From Longimicrobiales bacterium (GTDB lineage: Bacteria > Gemmatimonadota > Gemmatimonadetes > Longimicrobiales > Gaopeijiaceae), in assembly GCA_965202985.1 (NCBI GenBank), contig CBDBCF010000002.1, forward strand, positions 64,001 through 128,000: 64,000 nucleotides of DNA, read 5' to 3'. Below are positions 45,244-55,168 of the stretch, piece after piece; within the stretch, counting starts at the first letter, position 1; each line of letters opens with the position of its first letter. Both the position numbers and the translations under genes were made by a program. The notes under the pieces are model-generated. The model did not search any database. It saw only the letters and a list, made by a program, of their open reading frames with translations, and was not told the origin of the DNA.

Positions 45244-46083
45244 TTGAGCAAGGGCGGCCCTTGCCCCGTCGAGTGCGCCCGCGTGTTGGCAGAGCGGACC
45301 GACCTGCGCCCGCGAGTGCAGATCGTGCTGGGCTCCGGGCTGGGGACGCTGGAAGACCGCGTTCAGGACCCGGTCGCAGTCCCATTCGCCGACCTGCCGG
45401 GCTTCCCGGCGACATCCGTTGCCGGACACCGAGGCCGCTTCGTCGTGGGGCGGATCGCCGGCCAGCCGGTGCTGCTCCAGGCGGGGCGCTTCCACTTCTA
45501 CGAGGGCGTTGACGCCGACGTGGTGACGGCGTCCGTGCGAACGGGACACGCCTTCGGCGTTCGCACGCTGGTGCTGACCAACGCCGCCGGGGGCATCCGC
45601 CGCGACTTGGCGCCGGGGACGCTCATGCTGATCGAAGACCACATGAACCTGTCGTTTCGAGGCGTGTTGACCGGGCCTCCCCGCCGGGGGGAAGCGCGAT
45701 TTCCCGACATGAGCCGGCCCTACGACCGCGAGTTCGCTCGCTTGGCCATGGACGCGGCGTTGAAGGCGGGCGTCCGGCTGACCCAAGGCGCCTACGCGAT
45801 GGTGCTGGGGCCGCAGTTCGAGACCCCGGCGGAGGTCCGCGCCTTGCGGGCCGCGGGGGCGGACGTGGTCGGGATGTCCACGGTCCCGGAGGCGATCGTG
45901 GCCCGGGCCCTGGGCCAGCGCGTGCTGGCGTTCTCCATGGTTACGAACTGGGCGTCGGGCTTGGGTGGCCCCGCAGGCGACGAGATCGACCACGAGGACG
46001 TGATGGCCGTAGGCGACGCCGCCGGCAAAGTGCTCGGCCCGCTGTTGGAGGACTTGGTTCCGGCGATCTCCCGGTGCGAGTAG
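45244..46083 (+). CDS. punA: Purine-nucleoside phosphorylase (trimeric type)
   Basis: VLGSGLG, VAGHRG, GRFHFYEG, TNAAGG, GPQFETPAE, VGMSTVPE, VTN. Confidence 0.9.
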   Translation: MSKGGPCPVECARVLAERTDLRPRVQIVLGSGLGTLEDRVQDPVAVPFADLPGFPATSVAGHRGRFVVGRIAGQPVLLQAGRFHFYEGVDADVVTASVRTGHAFGVRTLVLTNAAGGIRRDLAPGTLMLIEDHMNLSFRGVLTGPPRRGEARFPDMSRPYDREFARLAMDAALKAGVRLTQGAYAMVLGPQFETPAEVRALRAAGADVVGMSTVPEAIVARALGQRVLAFSMVTNWASGLGGPAGDEIDHEDVMAVGDAAGKVLGPLLEDLVPAISRCE

Positions 46084-46199
46084 GCGAACCGCCGTCCTCG
46101 GACGCCCAGTTGCGCCGCTTCCCGCCGTCGGGTCCATTCCGGATCGCGACCAGACCTGCAGTCAGGCCAACCCGCCGTCACATGTGGAGATTCCGCCCG

Positions 46200-47867
46200 A
46201 TGACTTTCCGCGCCAAGACCGCCTCGACCAACTCTCCGCCGCCGGTGGCCGCGCTGGCCGGCGCGCTGACCCTATTCTCGCTCGCCGGGGTGCCTGCCGT
46301 GCCGGGCGGGCCCGGTTGGGCGACGAGCGCCTCCGCCCAGCAGTACGACGTGTTGATCGCCGGCGGCACGGTGGTGGACGGCACGGGCGCCGACCGCTTC
46401 CGGGCGGACGTGGCGGTGGCGGACGGACGCATCTTCCTCGTCTCTCGGGAGCCCGTGGACAGGTCCATGGCCGCGACGGTGATCGACGCCGAAGGCCGGG
46501 TCGTCGCCCCCGGTTTCATCGACAACCACGCCCACGTCCAGCAGACGATCGCCGAGTACCCGCTGGCCGAGAACTTCTTGCGGCAGGGGATCACCACGCT
46601 GATCGCGTCGCTGCACTCGGGAGACCAGCCGTGGCCGATGGAGGCGTTCGCGTCGAGCCTGGAAACAGCCCCGAACGTCGGGTTCTTCGCCGGCCACTCC
46701 TGGACCCGAAAACAGGTCCTGGGAATGGACGACCGCGCCCCCACCGAGGCCGAGCTGGAGGAGATGAAGGCGCTGGTGGACCAGTCGATGCGCGAAGGGG
46801 CGCTGGGCCTTTCGACCGGGTTGCTGTACGTGCCCGCCAACTTCGCCGAGACCGAAGAGGTGATCGAGCTGGCCAAGGTCGCGGCCCGCCACGGCGGCAT
46901 CTACGTCACCCACATGCGCAACGAGGCCAGCGGGCTGCTCGAATCCGTGGCCGAGGCGATCCGCATCGCCGACGAGGCCGGCATCCCCGCCCAGATCAAC
47001 CATCACAAGGCGGCCGGCGCCGCCCAATGGGGCTGGAGCGAGAAGTCCCTGGCCATGATCGATTCGGCCAACGCGGCCGGGCTCGAGATCGTTCACGACC
47101 TCTACCCCTACGCCGCCTCCAGCACCGGCTCGTCGATCCTCTTCCCCCAGTGGGCGCTGGCCGGCGGCCCGGAAGAGTTCGCCAAGCGCGCGGCCGACCC
47201 GGAGACCCGCCGACGGATGGAGGCGGACATGCGGACGATCTTCACGACCGATCGCACCGGCGGCGACATCTCGCGCATCCAGTTCCGCGTCCTGCGCTCC
47301 GACGAAAGGTGGAACGGCCGCACGCTGGCGGACTACGCCGCCGACCTGGGACTCCCGAACGACCTGGAGACCGGCATCCAGCTGGCGATCGATCTGCAGT
47401 TGAAGGGCGGCTTCAGCGCCATCTACCACGCCATGGACGAAGCGGACGTGATCCGGATCATGCAGCACCCCCTGGCCATGATCGAGACGGACGGCGACGC
47501 CGTGGGCTACGGGATCGGATACCCGCACCCCCGCAGCTACGGCGCGTTCCCGCGGGTGCTGGCGCGCTACGTGCGCGAACTGGGCGTGCTGACGTTGGAG
47601 GAAGCGGTCAAGAAGATGACGTCCATGCCCGCCCGTTGGCTCGGCCGCGACGACATGGGGGCGATCGCCGAGGGAATGCGCGCCGACGTGGCGGTTTTCG
47701 ACCCCGACGTGATCGCCGACCGAGCCACCTACGCCGACCCCCACCAGTACAGCGTGGGCATCGCCGACCTGCTGGTGAACGGCGTTCCAGTGATCCGCGA
47801 CGGCGGCCTCACCGGCGAGAAGCCGGGCCGGTGGATCCGAGGGCCGGTGCGGCGTCCGGCAAGCTGA
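46200..47867 (+). CDS. N-acyl-D-amino-acid deacylase (D-aminoacylase) family amidohydrolase with a signal peptide
   Basis: GGTVVDGTG, PGFIDNHAH, GLSTGL, THMRNE, HHK, HPRSYGAFPRVL, KKMTSMPA. Start estimated. Confidence 0.85.
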   Translation: MTFRAKTASTNSPPPVAALAGALTLFSLAGVPAVPGGPGWATSASAQQYDVLIAGGTVVDGTGADRFRADVAVADGRIFLVSREPVDRSMAATVIDAEGRVVAPGFIDNHAHVQQTIAEYPLAENFLRQGITTLIASLHSGDQPWPMEAFASSLETAPNVGFFAGHSWTRKQVLGMDDRAPTEAELEEMKALVDQSMREGALGLSTGLLYVPANFAETEEVIELAKVAARHGGIYVTHMRNEASGLLESVAEAIRIADEAGIPAQINHHKAAGAAQWGWSEKSLAMIDSANAAGLEIVHDLYPYAASSTGSSILFPQWALAGGPEEFAKRAADPETRRRMEADMRTIFTTDRTGGDISRIQFRVLRSDERWNGRTLADYAADLGLPNDLETGIQLAIDLQLKGGFSAIYHAMDEADVIRIMQHPLAMIETDGDAVGYGIGYPHPRSYGAFPRVLARYVRELGVLTLEEAVKKMTSMPARWLGRDDMGAIAEGMRADVAVFDPDVIADRATYADPHQYSVGIADLLVNGVPVIRDGGLTGEKPGRWIRGPVRRPAS

Positions 47868-47891
47868 CGGCGGTCGGGCATCGCGGTCCTT

Positions 47892-48840
47892 CTATTCGCT
47901 TGCCGCGACATCCAATTCCTCGGCGATCCTGTCCAGCTTCTCGCGCACCTCCGGATGCACTTCGTCTGCTGTCATCTCCTCGGCAATGTTCACGCAGTCC
48001 TTGTGATCCCAGGTCAGCCCCACGTTTTCCATTAGCTTGGCAATGATGTTCTTGCCCTTGGTAGTGTCAAAATCGTTGTCCGCAAACGGTTCGTCGTATA
48101 GTACGGGCGGCCACTGCTTGCGCATGTACTCGTCGGCGCGCGTCTTCATGTCGTCTCCTCCCCGCTTTTCCAGGAATCGCAGTATGGCTTCCGGGTTAAG
48201 CAGGTAGTTCTCAATCTCGTAGCGTTGCCAGTAGGTCCTGGCCGGCGTTGGCGCCTTCTCCTCGCCTCGGGGCGTATTGTTCGCGCCGATGTTGCGGTGA
48301 TTCCTGTCACGCACTTCGATTCCCCGGAGGGAGGGCACGATCGTTCTGAGCGCATTATAGTGCCTTGACGCAAATTCTCTTCCTCGCCCAGAAGTGGACA
48401 TCCAAAACGGCTTTTCGAGAAACAACAAGACCGAATGATCTAATTGCCTTTGCCCACGCCCTCAAGATCGGAATATCCGTTATGCCTTCTACTTACAGTA
48501 TGCGCTCTTCTGCCACCGCCGTATGAACCTCGCTGTTTGTCAGTAGCCGCAATGCGTTCTTGAGCCTGGGCGAATGCGGTATTTGAACTAACCCGGTGTT
48601 CGCGACTGACCGCAGCCGATCCGGTTCGGCGGCGTCGACGAGAACGTCGGAGTGGCTGGACACGATCATCTGGCTTTCTTGCAATTCTAGGAATCGCCGG
48701 TAGACCTCTTTCTGCAACAACCTGTGCAAATGCATATCCGGTTCGTCGATCAAGACCACCTGTGGTTTACTATACAGCAGGCTCGAATTCAGCAACAGCA
48801 CCTGGAGAAAACCGCTTCCGGCGCACGCGATCTCGAGGTA
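47892..48840 (-). pseudogene. Broken ABC-ATPase + TOPRIM (OLD-like) gene: 5'-truncated, nonsense codon at 48493-48495, frameshift near 48443
   Basis: LEIACAGSGF (signature), LIDEPDMHLH (Walker B), SSHS; then RIL*VEGITD (TOPRIM VEGxxD straight after the stop); continues in another frame as LDHSVLLFLEKPFW...RYEIENYL. No Walker A present. Confidence 0.75.
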
Positions 48841-49488
48841 CTCAAGGACGCAGGACTCGTCGAGTACCGGACAAAGGGCACGGGCGGCGGCAAGACATCG
48901 ACAGTGCGAGTGACGGAGAAGTTCGACCGCGACGTCCTGGTTCCGTTCGTGACCAAGACCATCGGCGACCTGGATGCTTCCGTCAGCGCCTACTACCGAC
49001 AACGTCCCGAGGACATCTACACCGGCCTCGAGTCCGAGAGCAGCCACACCAAAGGGCAAGCTCTGGAAGCATTTGCAATTTTCGTGATGCGACTCATGGG
49101 TCTTCGTTTCGTTGGTTGGCGGAAACGGGAGGAAGCAGAGGTGGATGCGCTGCTTGAAGGAGTCCTTGGTCCGGTCGCCACTCGCTGGCAGATTCAGTGC
49201 AAGAACACACCCAAGCGTACCGTGCGCTTAGAGGACGTTGCGAAGGAAGTTGGCCTACTCCCACTGACCCGGGCCACACACATTCTCTTCGTTGCCAATG
49301 CTTCGTTTTCGCAAGACGCTCGCGAGTACGCCCGAAAGGTCATGAAGGCTTTGCCCGTCGGCTTGTATCTGCTCGATCGAGACGACTTCGAAGCGCTTCG
49401 ATCAAACCCGTCGAAGATCACAGCCATCTTGTCGCAACAAGCCGCATCCATGCTTGATCTTGCAAGGCCGCCCGCGTTCAGGGTTTAA
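48832..49488 (+). pseudogene. Restriction endonuclease (Mrr-like PD-(D/Q)xK), C-terminal part, 5'-truncated
   Basis: KGQALEAFA...EVDALL...WQIQCKN...VAKEVG. The upstream part of the called ORF is the antisense of the ATPase pseudogene. Convergent with the MTase through a shared TTAA. Confidence 0.65.
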
Positions 49489-50594
49489 ATCGAGCTTTCG
49501 TGCTGAATCGATGTAGCTTCTTGATCGTCCGGCGGTTTGGGTTCCTTGGTCGGCCGCTCTCTACCCCCGTCTGCGACAAGGGGCTCCGCCGGCGGTCCGT
49601 TCCACAAGATGTCCGGTCTGGGAATCCTGTAGTAGTTGCCGGGGTCCGCAGCGTCCTTGGTTTCCCTGGGAACCACCGGCCGAACAAATCTGCCTCTTGC
49701 GCCCTCCAGGTATGGTCTCAACAGCTCGACGCACGTCCACCGGCGTCCCAGGCGCTCGCAGACCTCGCCGGTCACGCATGATCCGCCAAACGGATCGAGG
49801 ACGGAATCCGTTTCCTCGGTCAGCATTCGAACGAAGAACTCCGGGATCTCCACCGGAAACCTTGCCGGGTGCGGTTTGATGCCATGGTCTTTGCAGTAGC
49901 GCTGGTAGTGCGAGTTGCTTTCCGTGTGGGCAACCGCGATCAGGTTGGGTGGAATCGCTGCTCCGTTGTCGCGCGCGAACTTCGTGCTGATGTTGTGTCC
50001 GCTGGGCCGCCTTTTAGCTCTGTACCCGGTCCGCAACAGGTTACGCATGCTCGGGCTGTAAGGATAGAGGACACGGCGGTTGGTTGCCTTGGGCCATTCA
50101 GTGGGCGACAACCAGTAGACGGAATTGACGGCATCCTTTACGCGGACTCGGCGAATGTTGACCCATTCCGCTGGAGTCGGAAGCTTGGAAGGATTCCACC
50201 AGTAGAACTCCTGGGCCAAGTGAAAACCCAGTTCTTCGCAAAGCATAATCAACAACCGAAAATGATACAAACTGCGCGTCGGCGTGCCCTTATTCCATGC
50301 ACCGCCGATGTCGATGACAAGACTGCCGGACGGCTTCAGTATCCTCTTGAACTGTTCACCGAAAGCACGAAACCAGTCTACGTAGCGATCCGCCTCCTCG
50401 TTGCCGTAGTCTTTCTTTCGAACCAAGCCGAACGGCGGACTAGTCACGATAAGATCGACAGACCGGTCCTCCATGCCGTCCATGTAATCGAGGGAATCTC
50501 CTAGCACAGCGCGACCGATTTCGGTCTGGATCAGGACCTCGTCCTTCCGTTCGGCGCGAGACAATGAGCCTCCGGGGCAGTGGGTGGCGAGCAT
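49485..50594 (-). CDS. DNA methyltransferase, beta class N4-cytosine type, strongly resembling M.PvuII
   Basis: TSPPF (motif IV) precedes DPFGGS (motif I). NPSKLPTPAEWVN, RVKDAVN, RPSGH, IPPNL and HPARFP match M.PvuII as I recall it. Confidence 0.88.
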   Translation of the reverse strand: MLATHCPGGSLSRAERKDEVLIQTEIGRAVLGDSLDYMDGMEDRSVDLIVTSPPFGLVRKKDYGNEEADRYVDWFRAFGEQFKRILKPSGSLVIDIGGAWNKGTPTRSLYHFRLLIMLCEELGFHLAQEFYWWNPSKLPTPAEWVNIRRVRVKDAVNSVYWLSPTEWPKATNRRVLYPYSPSMRNLLRTGYRAKRRPSGHNISTKFARDNGAAIPPNLIAVAHTESNSHYQRYCKDHGIKPHPARFPVEIPEFFVRMLTEETDSVLDPFGGSCVTGEVCERLGRRWTCVELLRPYLEGARGRFVRPVVPRETKDAADPGNYYRIPRPDILWNGPPAEPLVADGGRERPTKEPKPPDDQEATSIQHESSI

Positions 50595-50668
50595 TCCCGT
50601 CCGTCACGATAACCGTTCTCCCGGCGGCAATGCAAGCCACAAGAAGAGGGGGCCACCGACCGACCAGC

Positions 50669-51057
50669 CTACATCACCGAGAATCCGGCGGCGGTGACCC
50701 CCGGGCCCAGCGGCGTCCGGTCGTCGCCCGCGTGCACGACGTAGCCGTGGCCGGCCCGGTCTCCGAGGTCCTTCTGCAGTGCCTGGATGGGCCGCGCCAT
50801 GGCAGGGCGGGCGTCGCCGTCTTCTTCACCTCCACGGGGACGAGCTGGTCGGCGACTTGAACAAGGAAGTCCACTTCGACGCCCCTCGCCGTGCGCCAGA
50901 AGTAGACGGGGGCGTCGACGCCGCGGTTGGCCAGGGTCGTGCGGATCTCCGCGAGCACGGCGGTCTCCATGATGGCCCCGGCCATCGGCCCTGCCGCCGC
51001 GTGCTCCGGGTCGCAAAGGCCAGTAAGGTGGCAGAGGATGCCGGTGTACTTGGCCAT
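50669..51057 (-). pseudogene. DUF4143 C-terminal remnant of an AAA_14 protein, with a frameshift near 50810
   Basis: TGILCHL...GAIMETAV...YFWRTARGVEVDF...PVEVK, continuing in another frame as RPAMARPIQAL...GYVVH. ATPase domain absent. Confidence 0.7.
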
Positions 51058-51141
51058 GACGATTCGGGTGACGAGAAAGGGTGCAGATTGGCATTCCAAA
51101 TGCGAATATAGCGGCGGTCGCCGGCTGCGGACGCTCGTCGG

Positions 51142-51963
51142 TCAGAGGAACGACAGCTGTCGCGGGCCCCTCGCGCGTCGCAGCGCGGCCAAGTCGACGA
51201 CGGGAGTCGGACGGGCGGCCCCGGCCACTTCGACCACTCCTCGGTACCCCTTCCGGGCCAACGCGTTCTCCATGACCGAACGGGCGCAGTCGGCTGTGTT
51301 GGACTCCTCCGACAGGTGGGCCAGGACAACCGCCGTCAGTCGCCGGCTGAAGATCTCCAGCACGAAGTCCGCCGCCGCTTGGTTGGACAGGTGGCCGTGG
51401 CTGGACGCGATGCGGTTCTTGACGGAGGCGGGGTACGCGGCCTTCCACAGCATCCCTTCGTCGTGGTTGGACTCCACGACCAAGCCGTCGCACCCTTGCA
51501 GCGCGTGCTTGGCCTGGGCGGTGGGGCGTCCCAGGTCCGTGGCCACGCCCAGGCGCAGGCCCGTCCTGCGGTTGGACAGGGCGAACGCCACCGGCTCCGC
51601 CGCGTCGTGGACCGTCACGAACGCTTCCACGAGCAGGTCCTCGACGGCGACGGGATAGCCCGGCCGACAGGTCCTCACGTCTTCCGTGCCGCGAAGCAGC
51701 TTCCGACATGCGCGGCGGGTGCCCGGCGTCATCAGAAGGGGCGTGCCGTGGGCCCGCGCGAAGACGCCGGCGCCGCGGGCGTGGTCCCCATGCTCGTGGC
51801 TGACCAGGATGACCGCCACGTCGCCGGGTTCGACGCCGTTGCACGCCAGCCGGCGGACCAGCTGCCGACCGCTCAAGCCGGCATCCACCAGGACGTGAGC
51901 GGTGCCGGAGCTGACCAGCGTGGCGTTCCCGGCGCTGCCGCTGGCCAGTACCGAGAAGCGCAA
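51142..51963 (-). CDS. MBL-fold metallo-hydrolase (YycJ/WalJ-like)
   Basis: LASGSAGNA, VDAG, SHEHGDH, HDA, TDLG, ESNHD, GHLSN, AHLSEESN. Start estimated at TTG. Confidence 0.85.
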   Translation of the reverse strand: MRFSVLASGSAGNATLVSSGTAHVLVDAGLSGRQLVRRLACNGVEPGDVAVILVSHEHGDHARGAGVFARAHGTPLLMTPGTRRACRKLLRGTEDVRTCRPGYPVAVEDLLVEAFVTVHDAAEPVAFALSNRRTGLRLGVATDLGRPTAQAKHALQGCDGLVVESNHDEGMLWKAAYPASVKNRIASSHGHLSNQAAADFVLEIFSRRLTAVVLAHLSEESNTADCARSVMENALARKGYRGVVEVAGAARPTPVVDLAALRRARGPRQLSFL

Positions 51964-51974
51964 GCCGGGCGGAC

Positions 51975-53264
51975 CTACTCCGAGGAAGCGCCGCCGGGGC
52001 GGCTCGCCGGCTGGGGCGCCGCACCCTGCGCCCGCAGGAACGCCGTCTCGGAAAAGGCGGTGCGGTACAGGCGCTTCATGCCCTCGCTCAGCTTCACGTT
52101 GCGCCGGGCCATGATCACCTCCGCGGTCTGCAGGAAGCGCTCGATGTCGTACTCGTCCGGCTCCGGTCCCGCCCCCCAGGCGAACGGGACCACGTACCGG
52201 GGAGGCATCCGCGCCCCGAACAGGTTTGCCCCCGCTTCCACGGTCGTGCCCGTGTTGAGCAAGGTCCCAATCGCCGTGCGCACTTGGTCGCCCAGCAGGC
52301 ATCCCGCCTTGTGCAGCCCGGTGTGGATCGTCCGGCCGCGGAGCTCGGTCCGAATGGGGCCGTAGTTGTTCTTGAGCGGCGACACCGTGGTCATGGCGCC
52401 CAGGTTAACCCAACGCCCCACGACCGAGTGGCCCAGCAAGCCTTCGTGGGCCTTGTTGGCGAAGCCCAGCACGACGCTCGCTCCCATTTCGCCCCTGATC
52501 TTGCAGCACGGCCCGATGCTGCTGTTCTCGATCTCCCCGCCCAGCACCGTGGACCCGGGCCCCACGTAAGCTGGACCGGCAATGCGGGAAGACGCCCGAA
52601 CGCGGGCGCCGGGGGCCAGGATGATCGGGCCGTCCGACGTGTCCAACACCGCGGCGGGCTCCATGTCAACGCCGGCGCCCATCCTGACGGGTCCGTCGCC
52701 GATGCGGTGGACCCCGCCGGGCAACGGGTGCTCTCGAAAGCTGGAGACGCCGGGCTCGAAGTACCGATCGTCTGCGCGGATCCGATCTCCGTTCTTGTCC
52801 ATCAGTTCCCATACGGACTCCAACATCGATCCGTCCACGGATAGGGTCGGCCAATCGGGGTAGTCGCCGGCCCCCAGGCAGGAGGGGAAGGGGGTCCCCG
52901 CGGGCGCCCACGCCCCGGCAGAAGCGCCGCCCGCAACGAGCAAGCGAGGCTCCGCGGGCAGGCCCGATTCGCTGGACAGCGGCGCCCCGTCCAGAACCAA
53001 GCGACTCGACAACAGCAGCCGATCGCGGTCTTCCGGCACCGACTCCGGCGACGCGACCGGCGGCGCTCCGTCTTCCTCGAAGTCCGTCAAGCCCTCGGAC
53101 GCCAAGTATCCCCGGCACTTCAGGCCGGTCGCCCTCTCGGTCCGACCGCGCAGCGTGTCGGTGCCGAACAGCATCTCTCCTGCCGGGCGCGTCAAGACGA
53201 AGGGCAACCAGTCCCGCGCCGTCCGGTCGTCGAAAAGGAATAAGTGTGCGGCTGACAAGTCCAT
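51975..53264 (-). CDS. Putative sugar nucleotidyltransferase with left-handed beta-helix (GlmU-like)
   Basis: LPFVLTRP N-terminus; hexapeptide repeats; NKAHEGLLGHSVVGRWVNLGA, LKNNY. Confidence 0.75.
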   Translation of the reverse strand: MDLSAAHLFLFDDRTARDWLPFVLTRPAGEMLFGTDTLRGRTERATGLKCRGYLASEGLTDFEEDGAPPVASPESVPEDRDRLLLSSRLVLDGAPLSSESGLPAEPRLLVAGGASAGAWAPAGTPFPSCLGAGDYPDWPTLSVDGSMLESVWELMDKNGDRIRADDRYFEPGVSSFREHPLPGGVHRIGDGPVRMGAGVDMEPAAVLDTSDGPIILAPGARVRASSRIAGPAYVGPGSTVLGGEIENSSIGPCCKIRGEMGASVVLGFANKAHEGLLGHSVVGRWVNLGAMTTVSPLKNNYGPIRTELRGRTIHTGLHKAGCLLGDQVRTAIGTLLNTGTTVEAGANLFGARMPPRYVVPFAWGAGPEPDEYDIERFLQTAEVIMARRNVKLSEGMKRLYRTAFSETAFLRAQGAAPQPASRPGGASSE

Positions 53265-53439
53265 GTTCAGATCGGTCGTTTGGGTTGGTTACCGCCCCCG
53301 GGCAGGCGCCAAGACGACGTATAGTGAAGGTTCGGTCGGGATCCGACAAGGTACGAATGCGGGGGTCCAAGTCCGAATGCCGGGGGTCGCGGCCCGGAAC
53401 GAGCTTCGGCGGACACGCGGAGGCGTCTCTCTAGCTTGT

Positions 53440-54480
53440 TCAGGAAGCCTCCGGATCGATCTCCTTCACGTACCGACCCAGCTCCGGAGACTTCGTCCGC
53501 GGCATGACGAGCGTGACTTCGTCCGTGCGCACCACGAGCAAGTCCTCGACGCCCAGAAGCACGACGCGGCCCGAGTCGGCGACGGCGATGTTGTTCGCGG
53601 CCTCCGCCAAGTGCACGTCCCCGCTGGACACGTTTCCGGTCGCGTCCGACGGTCGCGTTCGGGCCAGCGCTTCCCAGCTGCCCATGTCGTCCCAGCGGAA
53701 GAGGGCTTCCAGCGCCGCCACCCGAGGGCTGCGCTCCATCACCGCCACGTCCACCGCCACCGATTCCGCTCGCCGAAAGAAGGTGCGGGCGTCGGGTGCG
53801 CCGTCCAGGGCTGCGGAGAACTCCGGGGCTCGCGCCGCCACCTCCTCCAAGAACGTGGCCACGGGCCAGATGAAGCTCCCCGTGTTCCACCGGTACCCGT
53901 CGGCCACGTAGCGAGAGGCCGTCGCGGGGTCGGGCTTCTCCACGAACGACCGCACCTTCCACGCCCGGCAAGGAGCGGCCCCGTCCAGCGAGCTGCCCAG
54001 CTCGACGTACCCGAACCCCGTCTCGGGGCGGTCGGGCTTCGCCGCCAAGACGACCAGCCGCCGCTCCCGATCGGCAAGCCGAACACCGGCCTCGATCACG
54101 TCGCGGAAGGCGTCCCGGGGCTGGATCACGGCATCCGCGTGGAGCGACACCTGGACGGCCTGCGGGTCCACGCGGGCGATCTGCCGGGCCGCCCAAGCCA
54201 ACGCCGGACCCGTCCCCTTGCTTTGGGGCTCGACCCAGAACGACTCCGCGCCCAGGCCCGTCGCCTCCTGCAGGGGCGCCACCATCTCTCGGCCGGTCAG
54301 GATTCGCACCTTGTCCGGCGGCACCAGCCCTTCGATGCGGTCGAGGGCGTCCACGACCAGCGGGCGCGGGCCGGCCAGCGGCAAGAGCTGCTTGGGACGC
54401 CGCGCCGTGCTCAACGGCCAGAAGCGCGTTCCGATGCCGCCCGCCAACACCGTCGCCCAGACCGACGGCCCGGCGCTCAA
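53440..54480 (-). CDS. manC: Mannose-1-phosphate guanylyltransferase
   Basis: VLAGGIGTRFWPLS...PKQLL, EPQSKGTG, PETGFGY, FVEKP, WNTG, WDDMGSW. Start estimated. Confidence 0.85.
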   Translation of the reverse strand: MSAGPSVWATVLAGGIGTRFWPLSTARRPKQLLPLAGPRPLVVDALDRIEGLVPPDKVRILTGREMVAPLQEATGLGAESFWVEPQSKGTGPALAWAARQIARVDPQAVQVSLHADAVIQPRDAFRDVIEAGVRLADRERRLVVLAAKPDRPETGFGYVELGSSLDGAAPCRAWKVRSFVEKPDPATASRYVADGYRWNTGSFIWPVATFLEEVAARAPEFSAALDGAPDARTFFRRAESVAVDVAVMERSPRVAALEALFRWDDMGSWEALARTRPSDATGNVSSGDVHLAEAANNIAVADSGRVVLLGVEDLLVVRTDEVTLVMPRTKSPELGRYVKEIDPEAS

Positions 54481-54610
54481 GGACGGAAATGGTTGGCGAA
54501 CATCCGACAAACTACCCCGGGGACGGCCCCGAATCAAGACGGCGAAGCCGGGCAAGTCAAGGGCCCCGAACGCCTTGACCGGAGCGATCGGACGGCCTAG
54601 TATTTCCCGC

Positions 54611-55162
54611 ATGAAAGCCGTTGGACTCGCCGTGCTGATCGCCACCTGGGGCTTGGCCGCCTGCGGCGACGACCCGTTCGCCGTGCGGTGGCAGGAGAAC
54701 CCGGACACGGTCCGCCTGTTCGCCCTGTCGCGACCGGAGCCGAACCTGGTATCCGGCTTCGACTTCTTCCCGCGCGCGGCGGTCCGCATCGAGGCTCCCA
54801 CGACCGGAACCAACTGGGACTTGGCCGTGGACGTGCGCCAGTCCGAGTTCGTCTGGCTTCCGCCGGGAGCGCTGGGCATTACCTCCCAGTCGGCGGTGGC
54901 CACGGTAGAGAACGAGACCTTCGCCACGATCCGCGAGGCGCCCGCCGACACGGCCCGCTACGTGTCGACCGAACCGGTTCCGATACGCACCGACCGCATC
55001 TACGTGATCCGCACGCGCCAGCACGCCGGCCTCTTCAACGCCCTGTGCACGTACTACGGAAAGATACAGGCCTTGGACGTGGACGTGGCGGGGGGTGCCG
55101 TCTCCTTCCAGTTCGACGTGAGCGGGGCCTGCAACAGTCGCAGCTTGGTCCCGCCGGACTGA
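54611..55162 (+). CDS. Hypothetical lipoprotein
   Basis: MKAVGLAVLIATWGLAA-C lipobox; beta-rich mature domain with two Cys. Confidence 0.7.
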   Translation: MKAVGLAVLIATWGLAACGDDPFAVRWQENPDTVRLFALSRPEPNLVSGFDFFPRAAVRIEAPTTGTNWDLAVDVRQSEFVWLPPGALGITSQSAVATVENETFATIREAPADTARYVSTEPVPIRTDRIYVIRTRQHAGLFNALCTYYGKIQALDVDVAGGAVSFQFDVSGACNSRSLVPPD

Positions 55163-55168
55163 CCTCCG

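Noticed and set aside
48493..48495. Stop-codon readthrough or recoding in the ATPase-TOPRIM gene
   Set aside because: The stop is TAA and comes with a nearby frameshift and a 5' truncation; decay is the simpler explanation.
53265..53439. Possible ncRNA between manC and the nucleotidyltransferase gene
   Set aside because: No recognisable family motif or convincing structure by eye.
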